A DNA stretch of 64,000 nt from NCBI GenBank assembly GCA_001600815.1, contig BCKZ01000001.1, positions 540,613 to 604,612 on the forward strand, written 5' to 3'. Below the pieces are notes generated by a model. It did no database searches and was not told the origin of the DNA. It saw only the letters and a program-made list of their open reading frames with translations. Of this stretch, positions 10,471 through 22,147 are shown in pieces (positions within the stretch are counted from its first letter, which is position 1; every line of letters begins with the position of its first letter). The stretch is from Alloascoidea hylecoeti. Lineage: Eukaryota. Position numbers and translations under genes: made by a program.

Positions 10471-13332
10471 ATGGAGAGCGAGTCACCAGATCCACAAAAG
10501 TCGCTATCACAGTGGTGGAAACAGTTCAAGTCAAAGGACTCAAATACTTCGAACCCCCCGCCTGGGAATTTTACTAGACCTGTTCTTATGTATAAGTCGA
10601 AGTCATCAAACAGTGCGCTTAGACCTATCTCAACTATTGCTCTTGATTCCGACTTGCAGATTCAGAGGGATAAATATTTCAACGAAGTTGCTGCTGCTTA
10701 TTCAGACTCTCATATTTTTGCTACCGAACTAGATGAGTCGGTGAGATTTGCATCTGCTAATATCATTTCTACGAATAAAGATGGTGTCGACTACCGTTAC
10801 GGCAAGATTCCAATTGTTGTGGCCAAATGTGGTGTTTTTCTGAAATCAAATGGTTTGAACATTGAAGGTATCTTCAGAGTTGGTGGGTCTGCTAAAAGAA
10901 TCAAGGAATTACAATATATATTTAGTTCTGCTCCAACTTATGGTAAAAATCTTGATTGGGATGGTTTTACGGTTCATGATGCTGCTAGTTTACTACGACG
11001 CTTTTTGAACGCATTACCCGAGCCTATAATTCCGCTGGATAAATATGAACAGTTTAGAGAACCCTTGAGAAGTAGACCGAGTATTATCAAGTATATGAAG
11101 AAACGAGCATCACAAAGAATAAATTCTTCCGTTCCACAAAATCAAGGTGCTTCACTACAACAGACGCGCAATAACGGAAAAGAAAAGCTTAAGATGCCAC
11201 AAACCACAGAAGACAATATTGCATCCCCAACTCAAAATGCACCTTCCTTACACCAATATTTAGAGGAGAAAGATGGGGTTAGTGAAAATCGACCAGAATT
11301 TGAGATAGAGTCAGAATCAAAAAATATACCATCTCAACAAAAAAAGGCCACCAAACAAGAATTTCAGTCAGCAGAAGAACCAACCAGCAATGTTTCGGCG
11401 AATATAGATGAATCTGAAATAAATACTATTTCTAAAAAAGGAATACAAGTTGTGGGACATATGGCCAAAGATAAGTCAGAATTAAAGGAAGCTAGCGAGG
11501 CTGACGACGGCGACATTGATTCAGAACCCGATTCAGAATCCAAGATAAGGAAATCTCACAAACATTCCCAATCTCAATCATCTAATCATACACAGGACAA
11601 TAATAAAGATGAAAGACGTTCACGACGCGAGAAAAAAGAACGGCACTTAGCCCACGAAATTAAAAAATCACTAAAGGAATACGAACTATTAATTATATCT
11701 TTACCCCATCGAAATCGACAATTGCTAATGTATATCTTGGACATGTTATCTATTTTTGCTGCTCATTCAGATGTAAATCGCATGCCTACTTGGAATCTAG
11801 CTGGAATATTCCAACCCTCAATTTTAAGTCATCCCAGTCATGACATGGTAATAGAAGAGTATGATCTCTCGAGGAGCGTACTAACTTTCCTAGTAGAATA
11901 CTGTCACAGACTGAGTCCCAAAATCGAGGAATATGTATTTAAAGGTATTGAAAAGAAAAACAAAAATAAACAAGAGCAGGAACAGAGACAACAACAAGAA
12001 CAGGAACACCATCACCTAGATAATCCCCAGAATGAGAGTCAACAGAAGCAAAATGAACCACTCCAAGCCTCTGAGATAGCAACTTCAACTCTAGAAACTC
12101 CTAATCCAAATAGTCTAGTGGCTTCACCTACAGTAAAAACACCACCCCCAAGGCCCGATTTAAGTCACCAGAATTCAACTAGTATAGCTCGACATAAAAT
12201 CAGATTATCATTGGACCGAGGTTCTCCTCATTCATCTCAGCAACCCATTTATCCAATATCAAGTCCACCGACTGTGGTGCCCACTGTGCACCGTCATCGT
12301 AGTTTAATCTCAAGGCCCCATAGAAGACATTCCAAGTCTTTGAGCAGCGCAAAACCACCCGACCTACCAGATTCTTTGACGATGAATGTCAGTAAAGGGG
12401 GGATAACGGATAAAGTGTCATTGTTCAGGCATAGGCAATCAAATATACCTCGATCAGCAAACGACAAAGCGAAATTAAGTAATACAATTGAAGATGCTAG
12501 TGAGTCGGAATACGAACATTTCGATAAGAACAGATCTTTAATGACGGTGACCAACAACTCTGGAGCTACTAATGGTAAGTTTTATAAGAATCCTAGCTCA
12601 AGTACGGGAAGTATTAGCGATGACGGCAAACGAAACACACCAAATTATACTCAAAGGCAATATTATTCACAGTTAAGTCCCATTTCGCCATCTTCCCCAC
12701 TGGACTCTAATTTAACGCGCCCTGTACGACCATTTTGTAATGATAGAAATATATCTAACTCTAGCATTTCAACGGTACTAAGTGATGAGGAGTTAACTAG
12801 TCCAGGATCTGATAGTAGACTATCCAGATGGCGCAGAAGTTTATTACATCTTAACAGTAGTAATGAAAATACAACCACAACTGCCATCACAACTTCAACT
12901 GCAGCCACTTCTGCTACTCCTGTGGCACCGAGTAATACTATTGCAATTACTACATTTTCCAACCCTAATCATCATGATGGCCATGTTTTTTCCATGGTTG
13001 ATGCTGCTTTGGGGAGTGATTCTGATCCAAAGTTGCCTGTAACCGTCACAAGACACGCAACCGTTACCTCAATAATGACAGCAAAACCAAAACTTAAACA
13101 TTCGAATACCATCTCCCTTTCTATTGACAAGAATCAACAGTATGATTCTCATGCATCATTATCAGGCTCTTCACCAATGTCGCCAACTAATTACGAGCAA
13201 TCGTTGACTTCGGCAGGAGATTCTAAATTTGATAAAGATAAAACCAAGGAGAAAGAAAAATTGAAGGATAAAGAATCCGGAAATTGGTTTCGAAGACTTC
13301 GGAGTAGAAGCAGAAGTAAGGAAAAATTATAA
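10471..13332 (+). CDS. SAC7: Rho GTPase-activating protein, Sac7/Bag7 family, with a split GAP domain and a long Ser-rich tail
   Basis: YGKIPIVVAKCGVFLK...EGIFRVGGSAKRIKELQYIF...YGKNLDWDGFTVHDAASLLRRFLN and NLAGIFQPSILSHP. An in-frame upstream ATG at 10387 is a possible alternative start. Confidence 0.85.
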   Translation: MESESPDPQKSLSQWWKQFKSKDSNTSNPPPGNFTRPVLMYKSKSSNSALRPISTIALDSDLQIQRDKYFNEVAAAYSDSHIFATELDESVRFASANIISTNKDGVDYRYGKIPIVVAKCGVFLKSNGLNIEGIFRVGGSAKRIKELQYIFSSAPTYGKNLDWDGFTVHDAASLLRRFLNALPEPIIPLDKYEQFREPLRSRPSIIKYMKKRASQRINSSVPQNQGASLQQTRNNGKEKLKMPQTTEDNIASPTQNAPSLHQYLEEKDGVSENRPEFEIESESKNIPSQQKKATKQEFQSAEEPTSNVSANIDESEINTISKKGIQVVGHMAKDKSELKEASEADDGDIDSEPDSESKIRKSHKHSQSQSSNHTQDNNKDERRSRREKKERHLAHEIKKSLKEYELLIISLPHRNRQLLMYILDMLSIFAAHSDVNRMPTWNLAGIFQPSILSHPSHDMVIEEYDLSRSVLTFLVEYCHRLSPKIEEYVFKGIEKKNKNKQEQEQRQQQEQEHHHLDNPQNESQQKQNEPLQASEIATSTLETPNPNSLVASPTVKTPPPRPDLSHQNSTSIARHKIRLSLDRGSPHSSQQPIYPISSPPTVVPTVHRHRSLISRPHRRHSKSLSSAKPPDLPDSLTMNVSKGGITDKVSLFRHRQSNIPRSANDKAKLSNTIEDASESEYEHFDKNRSLMTVTNNSGATNGKFYKNPSSSTGSISDDGKRNTPNYTQRQYYSQLSPISPSSPLDSNLTRPVRPFCNDRNISNSSISTVLSDEELTSPGSDSRLSRWRRSLLHLNSSNENTTTTAITTSTAATSATPVAPSNTIAITTFSNPNHHDGHVFSMVDAALGSDSDPKLPVTVTRHATVTSIMTAKPKLKHSNTISLSIDKNQQYDSHASLSGSSPMSPTNYEQSLTSAGDSKFDKDKTKEKEKLKDKESGNWFRRLRSRSRSKEKL

Positions 13333-15181
13333 GAGAAATGATGTTCCCTTAAATGAGAGGGATTAATCGCTTAGCACCTTTGAAAGACAGTTCAATTTTC
13401 CCTTCTCGTTGTTGAACCATATAATTCTTCTCCATTATAGATAACTCACTCAACCTTTTGTTTCTTTGTACTATTTATAATTGTTTATGTTGATAATACT
13501 AGATTTTTTTTTAAAATATTCTTTTCTGTCTTAATTTTCTCAAGTTTACAATGTTAACGTTATATTTTGCTTTTTGAGATTATTTGATTTGTTTATTAAC
13601 AACGTTCTAAGTTCTAATTCACCGATTTTCCGGTAATGGCTATTTTTTAATATTTTTATGCTCTAGCTAAATAAGAAATTTTTTTGAATTATTGCATTTT
13701 ATTTTTACGTTAATTATAACTTATATTTAATATTATTAATAATACTTTATATATAGGCTCTATAAATAATGAGTCAATTGACATACGACTCTCATGTTAA
13801 AATGAAAAATTAGTTAGTCGTACAGTTGGATTTAGTTCCAGACTTAGAATCACCTAATAATAAGCTATTAAATATATAGGTAAAATTTATAAAACCTGAA
13901 GCCTCATATTAGTTACCTCATTCTTGATAGGTGTAAGTTGTGAAAATATTAATTTACAATGATGTTTTTGATAGGAGATTTAGTTCCTTTTATGCACTGC
14001 ATTGAATTCTCCAATCTGAGATTCAATTGAGAGGAGCCTATTTGACTATTTCAATGGAATTCGAAGCTGATTAGTAAAAATGAAGCGAATTATTGTGGAA
14101 GTGCACAAACCATCTTTCTTGTGTCGATATTTACTCTAATGCTCATAAGCCTTATGTCTTCCCTTCGAACCTGACTAGAAGGTTGTGTTTGAATTCCAAT
14201 ATCTAGTTAATTATTGAGATTGAATAATATTTGTATTCGAATAAAATAATATCCAAAGCTTGAGAAGACTCTTCTTTCGTTTGGAATTAAATGAAGCCCA
14301 AATATAGACATAATATCTTATAAATAAAACTTCAGAATAAGTTAATCGTATTAAAGAGATTTTAGGGAATTGAAATTAACATTAAGCTTGATAGTAGTGC
14401 GCATATTTAATTGCTAGCTAATTAATATATGTTATAAAACCATGAATCAATATTAACATTACGTAACTTCGGATAAGGAGTAGTAATAAATTTAGTATAC
14501 CCCGATTATAAGCAATTTCAAATAAAGAGGTAAAGTCTCAAGAAAAATGTGGGAGATAAATCCCTATAGTTAAGTGAGTGGAAAAGGAAACGCCAGGAAT
14601 ATAATTAACTGTTTCTTCTCCACGTTTTAAGATATCCGAAGATGTAATTGCAATGTCGGAAGTAAAGCCGAAGTTTCCGGGTATGTGTGCATATGCATAG
14701 TAATGTGGAGAGGATCGGATAGTAAATCTTCGTTGGTGTGCGCTATAACACCCATATGTTATGCGTAAAAACTTATACCTAGCTATAATATGATACCAAA
14801 ATGCAAAATGAAAAGTCACCCGAATTGTGTTTGGTGCTGATATATAACTATGCTAATTATAAGAAATTGTACAATTGGACCAAGTCTTTCTGTATTATGA
14901 TTTCATAGAGCCACTAATATTGACAATATTGCAACTGGAAGCGAAAGATCTAACTTTTGAAATTGAATAAAAAAAAACTGGTCTTTGATTTAATATTAAT
15001 GTTCAAAATTTCAGACTATTAAAACTCTTTACTGTATTGTATATAATAACAAAAATGGCTATACTTGAAAGCATGAGTATAACTTATATTATACGCTTTC
15101 AATTATAATCAATCGAGATTGTAATGAATTGCTAAGGAAATTATAGCTGCAAGTCCATCTACATCCCAAACTTCTTTCAAT

Positions 15182-16883
15182 TTACTGGTTCAGTCTAACG
15201 TAGTTTCCAGGGAAAACTCCTACTACTCCATTTAGCTTACCTGTCCACCACCCATTGGCGTCTGGAGTTCTTTGAACAATCTCAATTAAATCACCGGTTC
15301 TGAAAGTCAAATCGCCAGTAGACTGTGCGACAAAATCATATAAAGCTGTACAGGTTTCAGCGCCTGGTGTGATACCTGGTTTTGGTGCAATTGGTGGTGC
15401 TCCATATGAACCACTAGCAGTTGGAGAAACAGGTGACAACAGTTGTTGATGTGGTTGAACATAAGAAATTGGTCTTGTAGTTTGTTGTGTATACTGCTGC
15501 TGTTGAATTGACTGATCATAAGCACCTACCTGCCCATAAACAGGTGGAGCGGAGCTAGGGGCTTGTCCAAACTGTGATTGTGCTTGTGGTGTGAATTGGG
15601 TTTGAATGCTTGAAGGTTGTGGTTGGCCATACGTAGCCTTTTCATTTCCATATCCACCTGGTACATATGAGGGACCACCATTCGAAGCCGGTGGAGTATA
15701 AGGTGGTAAAGTACCACTACTGCTGGAAACAGAGCCATATGTAGACGAATTTGCTTCCTGATCTTTACTATACTTTTTTTTCGTCAATTCCAATTTTTGT
15801 TTGGCATGTCCAACACGAAAATGTGTAATACCGATAGCATCAGCTTGATCGGCGATATCACCGCTTTTATATGTGAATCCTTCGACAAGGTCTGATTGCA
15901 AATCAAAGTATGGGATTTTCAAATCTTGCGTTTTCCCATATAAAACATAAAATACGTTTAATTGCATATAGTAAAAACTCACAAACAGAGGTCTGATAAA
16001 TTCACTTTGTAATTGAAATAAAAGTGGCAGATCTTGTTTCAGCATATCATTAAAATAATCATATTCTTGCTTAGCAATTTCAAAATCAGATTGTGCTTTA
16101 TACATTCGTTCCTCATCTTTGACCGTTTTTTCCTTTTTAGTTTCATATTTTTTCACTGTGCCTTCAGTTCTATCATAATCTAATTTCTTGTGTGATCTTT
16201 TCGTTGCCAACTTCCTAATAGAATTAATAATCTCTAATAATTGATTAGCAGGAAGAATAATTCTAGTCTCAATCAACTCAAGTTCAGGTTTCAATGTTTC
16301 TTGTAAATCTTTTACGATGGCCGAATATTTCTCAGCTGCGTCAATGCCTTGAGGATTTCCCTCGGGTATAGCAGAATTTGGATCCGAAGCTTGACTTGGT
16401 ATAGGCTTGTATAAATCTTCTACAGCCTTTGAAAACTCAAGCTGATGAGATAACATTCCATTGATGGAATCAAAATATTTCTTTGATTCCGTATGTAATT
16501 TTTTGGTTTCTACCTCTAGCTCTTTAAACCGTCGTTCTGCATCGACATATACTGAATCATCATCAGCTCCCTACAAAGAGAGTTATAATTAACATATTAC
16601 CATTTAAAGTTTAGACATTGAAGGGGACTTAACTTACCTTGTGAAACCTTTGTTTCAAACTTTGAGGGGCCTATATGAAGATGGAGGAGTAACAATTAGT
16701 TGTCTATAATTCCGAGATAGTCCACTTGTTTTGTACCTGTAAGCGAAAGATCCGAAAAAAGTCAATTCAAATCTGAAGTTCCCTTTTATTCCGGTGCAGG
16801 TTACAATAAATCTTACAAGTGGTTTGTAACTCAAACTGAACACTTACTCTTACCACCCCTTTTCTAAATCCTTTAAAACTCAT
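15182..16883 (-). CDS. RVS167: Amphiphysin, BAR-GPA-SH3 protein; complement(join(15182..16570,16638..16670,16848..16883))
   Basis: The spliced N-terminus MSFKGFRKGVVR|APQSLKQRFHK|GADDDSVYVDAERRFKELE matches Rvs167. C-terminal SH3 domain (ALYDF...GDLTF...WWTG...GVFPGNYV). Both introns are GTAAGT..TAG. Confidence 0.95.
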
Positions 16884-17002
16884 GTTATTGCCACCCGATA
16901 ATTGTGAATGAGAAAAATGTACACAAAGAATTAGGATATGGGAAAATTTAAATACGCTATAAATCCTTCGTTGTCAGACACACAATCACTGCCCGCGCGG
17001 GC

Positions 17003-17009
17003 CACGTGA
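17003..17009. promoter_or_regulatory. CACGTGA bHLH (Cbf1-like) site in the 172-bp divergent RVS167/transporter promoter
   Basis: GCCCGCGCGGGCCACGTGA followed by TATATAT about 35 bp before the ATG at 17056. Confidence 0.45.
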
Positions 17010-17055
17010 TGCTGGGATTATATATGCATAAGACAAGACGTAATGAATAATTGCA

Positions 17056-18777
17056 ATGCTTCCATCCTCCCCCGAAGCTCCTTTACTGTCAGAGCAGAGA
17101 TCACCTCTCCGCTCTTCTCCTCACCCATCCCAGGAAGATACCTCGATTTTCAATGAAAGCACGTCTACGGACTATGATTATGACTCCATAGAGGCAACAG
17201 AAACCGGCACTTACCTCATTATCATTGTCGGAGCGGCAGCAATAGGAGGACTTCTCTTCGGCTATGACACAGGCGTCATTTCCGGGGTTTTAGTTTCTAT
17301 AGGAAATGATCTTGGCGGAGTGCCACCAAGTAATCATTCCAAGGAACTGATCACTTCAATAACTTCCGCGGGTGCCTTCTTGGGAGCTATCATTGCAGGT
17401 AGCCTGTCGGATAAGATGGGGAGGAAATATACTTTAGTTTCTTGTTGTTTGGTCTTTTTTCTCAGCTCTATATTAATGGCCTTTTCCTCTTCAGTTCTGA
17501 TGTTAACGATAGGAAGAGCTATTGTTGGAATAGCCGTGGGTGGTTCGTCTATGGTTGTGCCTGTTTATATAGCGGAGGTTTCTCCATCTGCACATCGGGG
17601 AAGGTTGATAACGTTGAACTCGGTCTCGGTCACCGGAGGACAATTGATTGCATATATATTGGCGATTTATTTTGACCGACTAAAGGGTGGTTGGAGATAT
17701 ATGCTTGGATTAGGGACTGTACCGCCTTTCGTATTCATGCTATTAGTTGGGTTCATACCCGAGTCTCCAAGGCTATTGGTTATGAAAGGTGATACGATGC
17801 ACGCTGGTAAAGCTTTACATAAAATATTTCCCAATGCTACAAAATCACAAGTTCAAGATAAGTTGATATTAATTCAAAATGATTTAAAACATCTGAATTT
17901 AAGCGAAAAGAAACCTATTAAATATTACCTTTTAAAATTGTTTACTATTCCAAGTAATTTTAGAGCTTTGTCGATTGCGTGTGGATTAATGGCATCACAA
18001 CAACTATGTGGATTCAATGCATTCATGTATTATTCATCGACATTATTCGCCATGGTTGGCTTTGAAGATGCAATAAGTGCCAGTGTTGTAGTTGCGATGA
18101 CCAATTTCCTCTTTACATTTGTTGCAATTAAATATGTCGATACAGTTGGGAAAAGAAAAATGCTACTAGGAACAATGTGGATACTAGTAATAACTCTATT
18201 AATTGTAGCAGTTACTTTTTTATATCTGCCATTAGATGATAATTTAAACGTCATTACTGAAAAAGCAGCACCATGGGCTCGTAATACTTTATTGGTTGCA
18301 ATAATGATATACGTGGCTGTTTATGCTGCTGCCTTGGGTAACGTTCCTTGGAGTAGCATTGAATTTTTACCACTTGAGGTTAGATCACTCGGTTCCATGT
18401 TTATGTCTTGTACTAATTGGCTTTTTAATGTCGTCATATCAGGATCGTACCTATCAATGATGTCAAAATTCACACCATCAGGAACATTTTTGTTTTACGC
18501 AATATTGGTTTTTCTTTCATATGTTGGGATATGGTATTGCTATCCTGAAGTATCAAATATACCATTAGAAGATATAAGGCATGTTTTTATTCAAGGATTT
18601 GGATCAATTGTTCACAACGCTGAAGTATTGAGAAAGGAACAAAAACAATTGCAAGTGACAAGAAGTTTACCAACGGGACTAGTTGATGCTAGACAATATA
18701 CTGGTGTGGCTAATGAAAATTCAGAGAGAGCCTCTAGTATTGATAGTGATAGCTTTACAATTGATTATTCTGACTAG
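17056..18777 (+). CDS. Sugar porter family transporter, myo-inositol transporter (ITR-like)
   Basis: GGLLFGYDTGVISG, SDKMGRK, PVYIAEVSP..RG, PESPR, QQLCGFNAFMYYS, VDTVGKRK and YPE sugar-porter motifs. Confidence 0.85.
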   Translation: MLPSSPEAPLLSEQRSPLRSSPHPSQEDTSIFNESTSTDYDYDSIEATETGTYLIIIVGAAAIGGLLFGYDTGVISGVLVSIGNDLGGVPPSNHSKELITSITSAGAFLGAIIAGSLSDKMGRKYTLVSCCLVFFLSSILMAFSSSVLMLTIGRAIVGIAVGGSSMVVPVYIAEVSPSAHRGRLITLNSVSVTGGQLIAYILAIYFDRLKGGWRYMLGLGTVPPFVFMLLVGFIPESPRLLVMKGDTMHAGKALHKIFPNATKSQVQDKLILIQNDLKHLNLSEKKPIKYYLLKLFTIPSNFRALSIACGLMASQQLCGFNAFMYYSSTLFAMVGFEDAISASVVVAMTNFLFTFVAIKYVDTVGKRKMLLGTMWILVITLLIVAVTFLYLPLDDNLNVITEKAAPWARNTLLVAIMIYVAVYAAALGNVPWSSIEFLPLEVRSLGSMFMSCTNWLFNVVISGSYLSMMSKFTPSGTFLFYAILVFLSYVGIWYCYPEVSNIPLEDIRHVFIQGFGSIVHNAEVLRKEQKQLQVTRSLPTGLVDARQYTGVANENSERASSIDSDSFTIDYSD

Positions 18778-19996
18778 ATAGATGTACTACTATAGTTCTT
18801 TATTACAATTCAGCGAAAGCGCTGCTACAGTTGTAATTTCTTATTCCATTTTTATGATATTCAATTATGTTTTTTATGGTCAGTTTTAGCTTATTTGATT
18901 ATAAGTTATCGCAAGATTTTCATAGTTAAATAATGTAGTTTTATAATCTTTCTTTTAGTTCATTTATAACGTGAGCTGATCGTTACAGTCATATCACTTA
19001 ATTTCGGACGTTCTGATTAATAAATATCGGACACTCCCACAACTAATTCTCGTATCCTTTTAGGTATAGGATAGCCGCTGGGTTTTATTACACCCCTCCT
19101 GAGAATAGCTGTAAGCTCCCACTCGATAGTCGCACCCCCTGGAAACCTAATTATATATTTATTATTATTATTATTATTATTAATTATCTAAAATATTATC
19201 ACTAAAATCTATTTAATTTCATAGTTCTGATATTAAATGTTCGAATATATTTTTAATTTTGTATTCCTTGTTAAGGTGTGCCGGTAATAGACCTTCGTTT
19301 CTAATGTTTAGTCTCAATTTCAAGCATAATACGATTATCTGATAAGACTGATACGGGAATAGCAAAATGCCCCTATGTTCGTAGAATATTCTTCATATTT
19401 TATTCTTTTCTAATACTGTAGTGAAAGGTGAGAAATGAGGAGATAGTTATAGCTATGGCAATAGAACTTGCCTCGAGCAGTGGTCCTGCTTTGACTAATT
19501 TACCAGGTAGAAATCAACTATAACATCTCCTGCTTAAGCAATGTGCGATGTGCATTCATTCTGCCTTATTCAACACCATTTCATCATCTCCATCGCTTTC
19601 ATCATCCTTTATCATCCCTGTTTCAATGTCACCAACGGAAAGCTGATCTTCATCAATAAGAAATGTTAGTAGATTACATCTTGATAACATACACTGGGTT
19701 AAACCCATAATCATCATTATAATGCTCCATTTCAGATGATCAAGTTAATTATATCAAACAACAGTTAGCTCATATGATGCACTTTATATTTTGGTTAAAG
19801 TGAAAGAATTTAGTATCATCTAGTTAGCATCGGTATAGACAATGTTAACTTTTGTGTTCTCGTAATATTAATTTCACATTACAGTAACGCTAAGGGTGTT
19901 ATACATATGACATTTTATAACTGTGGTTTATTCAATGTGATTGATTATATAAATAAACTTATATTATACTTCAAGACATCAGATTTCTATATCATT

Positions 19997-21947
19997 ATGA
20001 ATTCGAAAAAGAATACAAAAAGCGAATTAAATCCACACAAGAACACCAGGAAGAAAGGAGCATATTCAAATGTATCAAATATATCCAAATTTAAGGCATT
20101 GGTATCAAGCGCTCTACTTTTCCCTTTGCTGTTGGCACATTTTGTTATCAACAAAGTTTACTTTATTATCAGACGATTGTTCAAACCCCTGTTTGCCAAA
20201 CCCTTTCAATTTGGAAGAAGTTGCTTCAAAAAAGTCTGTTCGATAACTTCTCATGAACCCTTCGAGAAGCACTTAACAAATGGTTATAATGGAAATATAA
20301 ACAATTGTAACGATTGCAACAAGCATATGCCGACCATGACTTGTGGTTTCAGTAAAGAGCTCGAGACACCAATAACGTTGGTAAATGAAATTACAGAGAC
20401 TAAACTTCATTCAGATACCATAATTTCTAGAACTAGTAGGGTCAAATCAAATGATGATGATACGTTTCATTCATCAGGGCCCTCGCGAATCCCTGGTGTT
20501 TCGGATCTTTACAAAGATGAAAAGCAAGATATCGACAAATATATTAATTTACATGATGAACCTGATTATGATTTGAAGCCTCTACAGCTAAGGTTGAGAC
20601 ATAAAACAATGAAAGAGAAATTAAGCAGAACTTCTGGAGAAAATTTTCCCAGAGTTGAGGAATCACAACGTCAATTCAACGGCGCCTGTCCTTTTCAAAC
20701 TTTCCAAAAACAATTTGACTTGGGTGAGAATTACTCAGACGTTTCAGCATATACTAATACTGATGATACCGCCGATAGCGCCTATATAAGATCACATTTT
20801 GAATCACCTCCTCCCTTACATATTAATTCCAATGCAGTTGAAAAGTTCAATGCAAAATCATACAAAGACACGGAAACTTTATTTGCTTCTAATCCTAATA
20901 AAAACCACCTTTTGGGAAAATTTAGGAAGATGAGATTAAATACTGAGAGTAAGAAACAAGACCCTCAAAAGAAAGTACACTTGGGATGTAATGAAGCTCG
21001 ATATGATGCTAAACGCATGGAATTACAAAATTCCCATAAACCAAATCCCCCAAAGTATATACCAGATGGCTTTTACAAAACCCAAAGGAACTACAAAAAT
21101 GTTAAGGATGCGATTAAGAGAATTTTGTCACAACCTGATTATGATGATGGGTCTGTAGGGCCTATTATTGTTAGATTATCGTTTAACTGTGCTGCAACTT
21201 TTGACTATGAAACTGGCACCGGAGGAACAAACGGAGCGACAATAAGGTAGTGATATGTCATTATTTAAATTTAGCTTCAAAATACTAACATAATGTGAAA
21301 ATATTCATTCTAGATTACCCCCTGAATCTACAGATAAACAAAATGTTGGGCTCACCGAAGCGAGGAAGTTTTTGGAGGTAGTAAAGCGAAAGTTCCCATG
21401 GCTATCATACTCTGATTTATATACTCTTTCTAGCTGTGTCGCCATAGAAGAAGCTGGTGGACCTTCAATCGAATGGAATCCTGGCCGAATTGACACTTAT
21501 GATTTAAGACGTGTCCCATCAAATGGGAGATTACCTCAGGTATTAGAGAGCAGAGATCATATAAGAGATACTTTCTTCAGAATGGGGTTCAATGATTGTG
21601 ATATTGTCACATTGATGGGTGCACATTGTCTTGGAAGATGTCACACTAAATGGTCTGGTTGGCATGGACAATGGACACGGAATCCTACAAGATTTAGTAA
21701 TGAATACTTCAAAGTACTTTATAATGAAACCTGGAGAGCATATGATTCTACAGATACCGGGAAATTTCAGTACTTTAATGAGGATCGTAGTTTAATGATG
21801 CTGAGCTGTGATATTGTATTAATTCGCGACCCTGTTTTTAAGTATTGGGTTCAGCTTTATGCAAATGATGAAGCGTACTTCTTCCAAAATTTTGCAATTA
21901 CATATGGAAAGTTGATAGAATTAGGTGTACAAAGAGAAGATGTATAA
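19997..21947 (+). CDS. Class I heme peroxidase (cytochrome c peroxidase / CCP2-like) with a long N-terminal extension and an altered distal site; join(19997..21246,21314..21947)
   Basis: YDDGSVGPIIVRL, TGGTNGATIR|LPPE, FPWLSYSDLYTL, GGPSIEWNPGRID, proximal MGAHCLGRCH and LMML.CD. Intron GTAGTG(21247)..TACTAAC..TAG(21313). The start is uncertain (upstream in-frame ATG at 19907). Confidence 0.85.
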
Positions 21948-22147
21948 GAATATTAATATATTTTTGCATAACTAAATTAAATTAAAAAAAATCTGTTGTA
22001 ACTTTATTGCGTGAACTCAAGAAGATGTTTGGTGGTCTAGTAAACAAACTATCAACATAAAAAGTCATATTAGTAGCACTACGTATACTACGAGAAAGAA
22101 CTGTGAAATACCAATATAATTACAAGAATATAACCGCTTAATAAGAT

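Noticed and set aside
13400..15100. Long SAC7-RVS167 convergent spacer including the 93-aa ORF at 14538-14819
   Set aside because: Non-ATG start, no motif, and no RNA-gene structure that I could support.
19085..19142. Two CACCCC(C)T motifs (STRE- or Aft-like) far upstream of the peroxidase-like gene
   Set aside because: Short motifs about 850 bp from the start with an ambiguous target gene; not supportable without conservation data.
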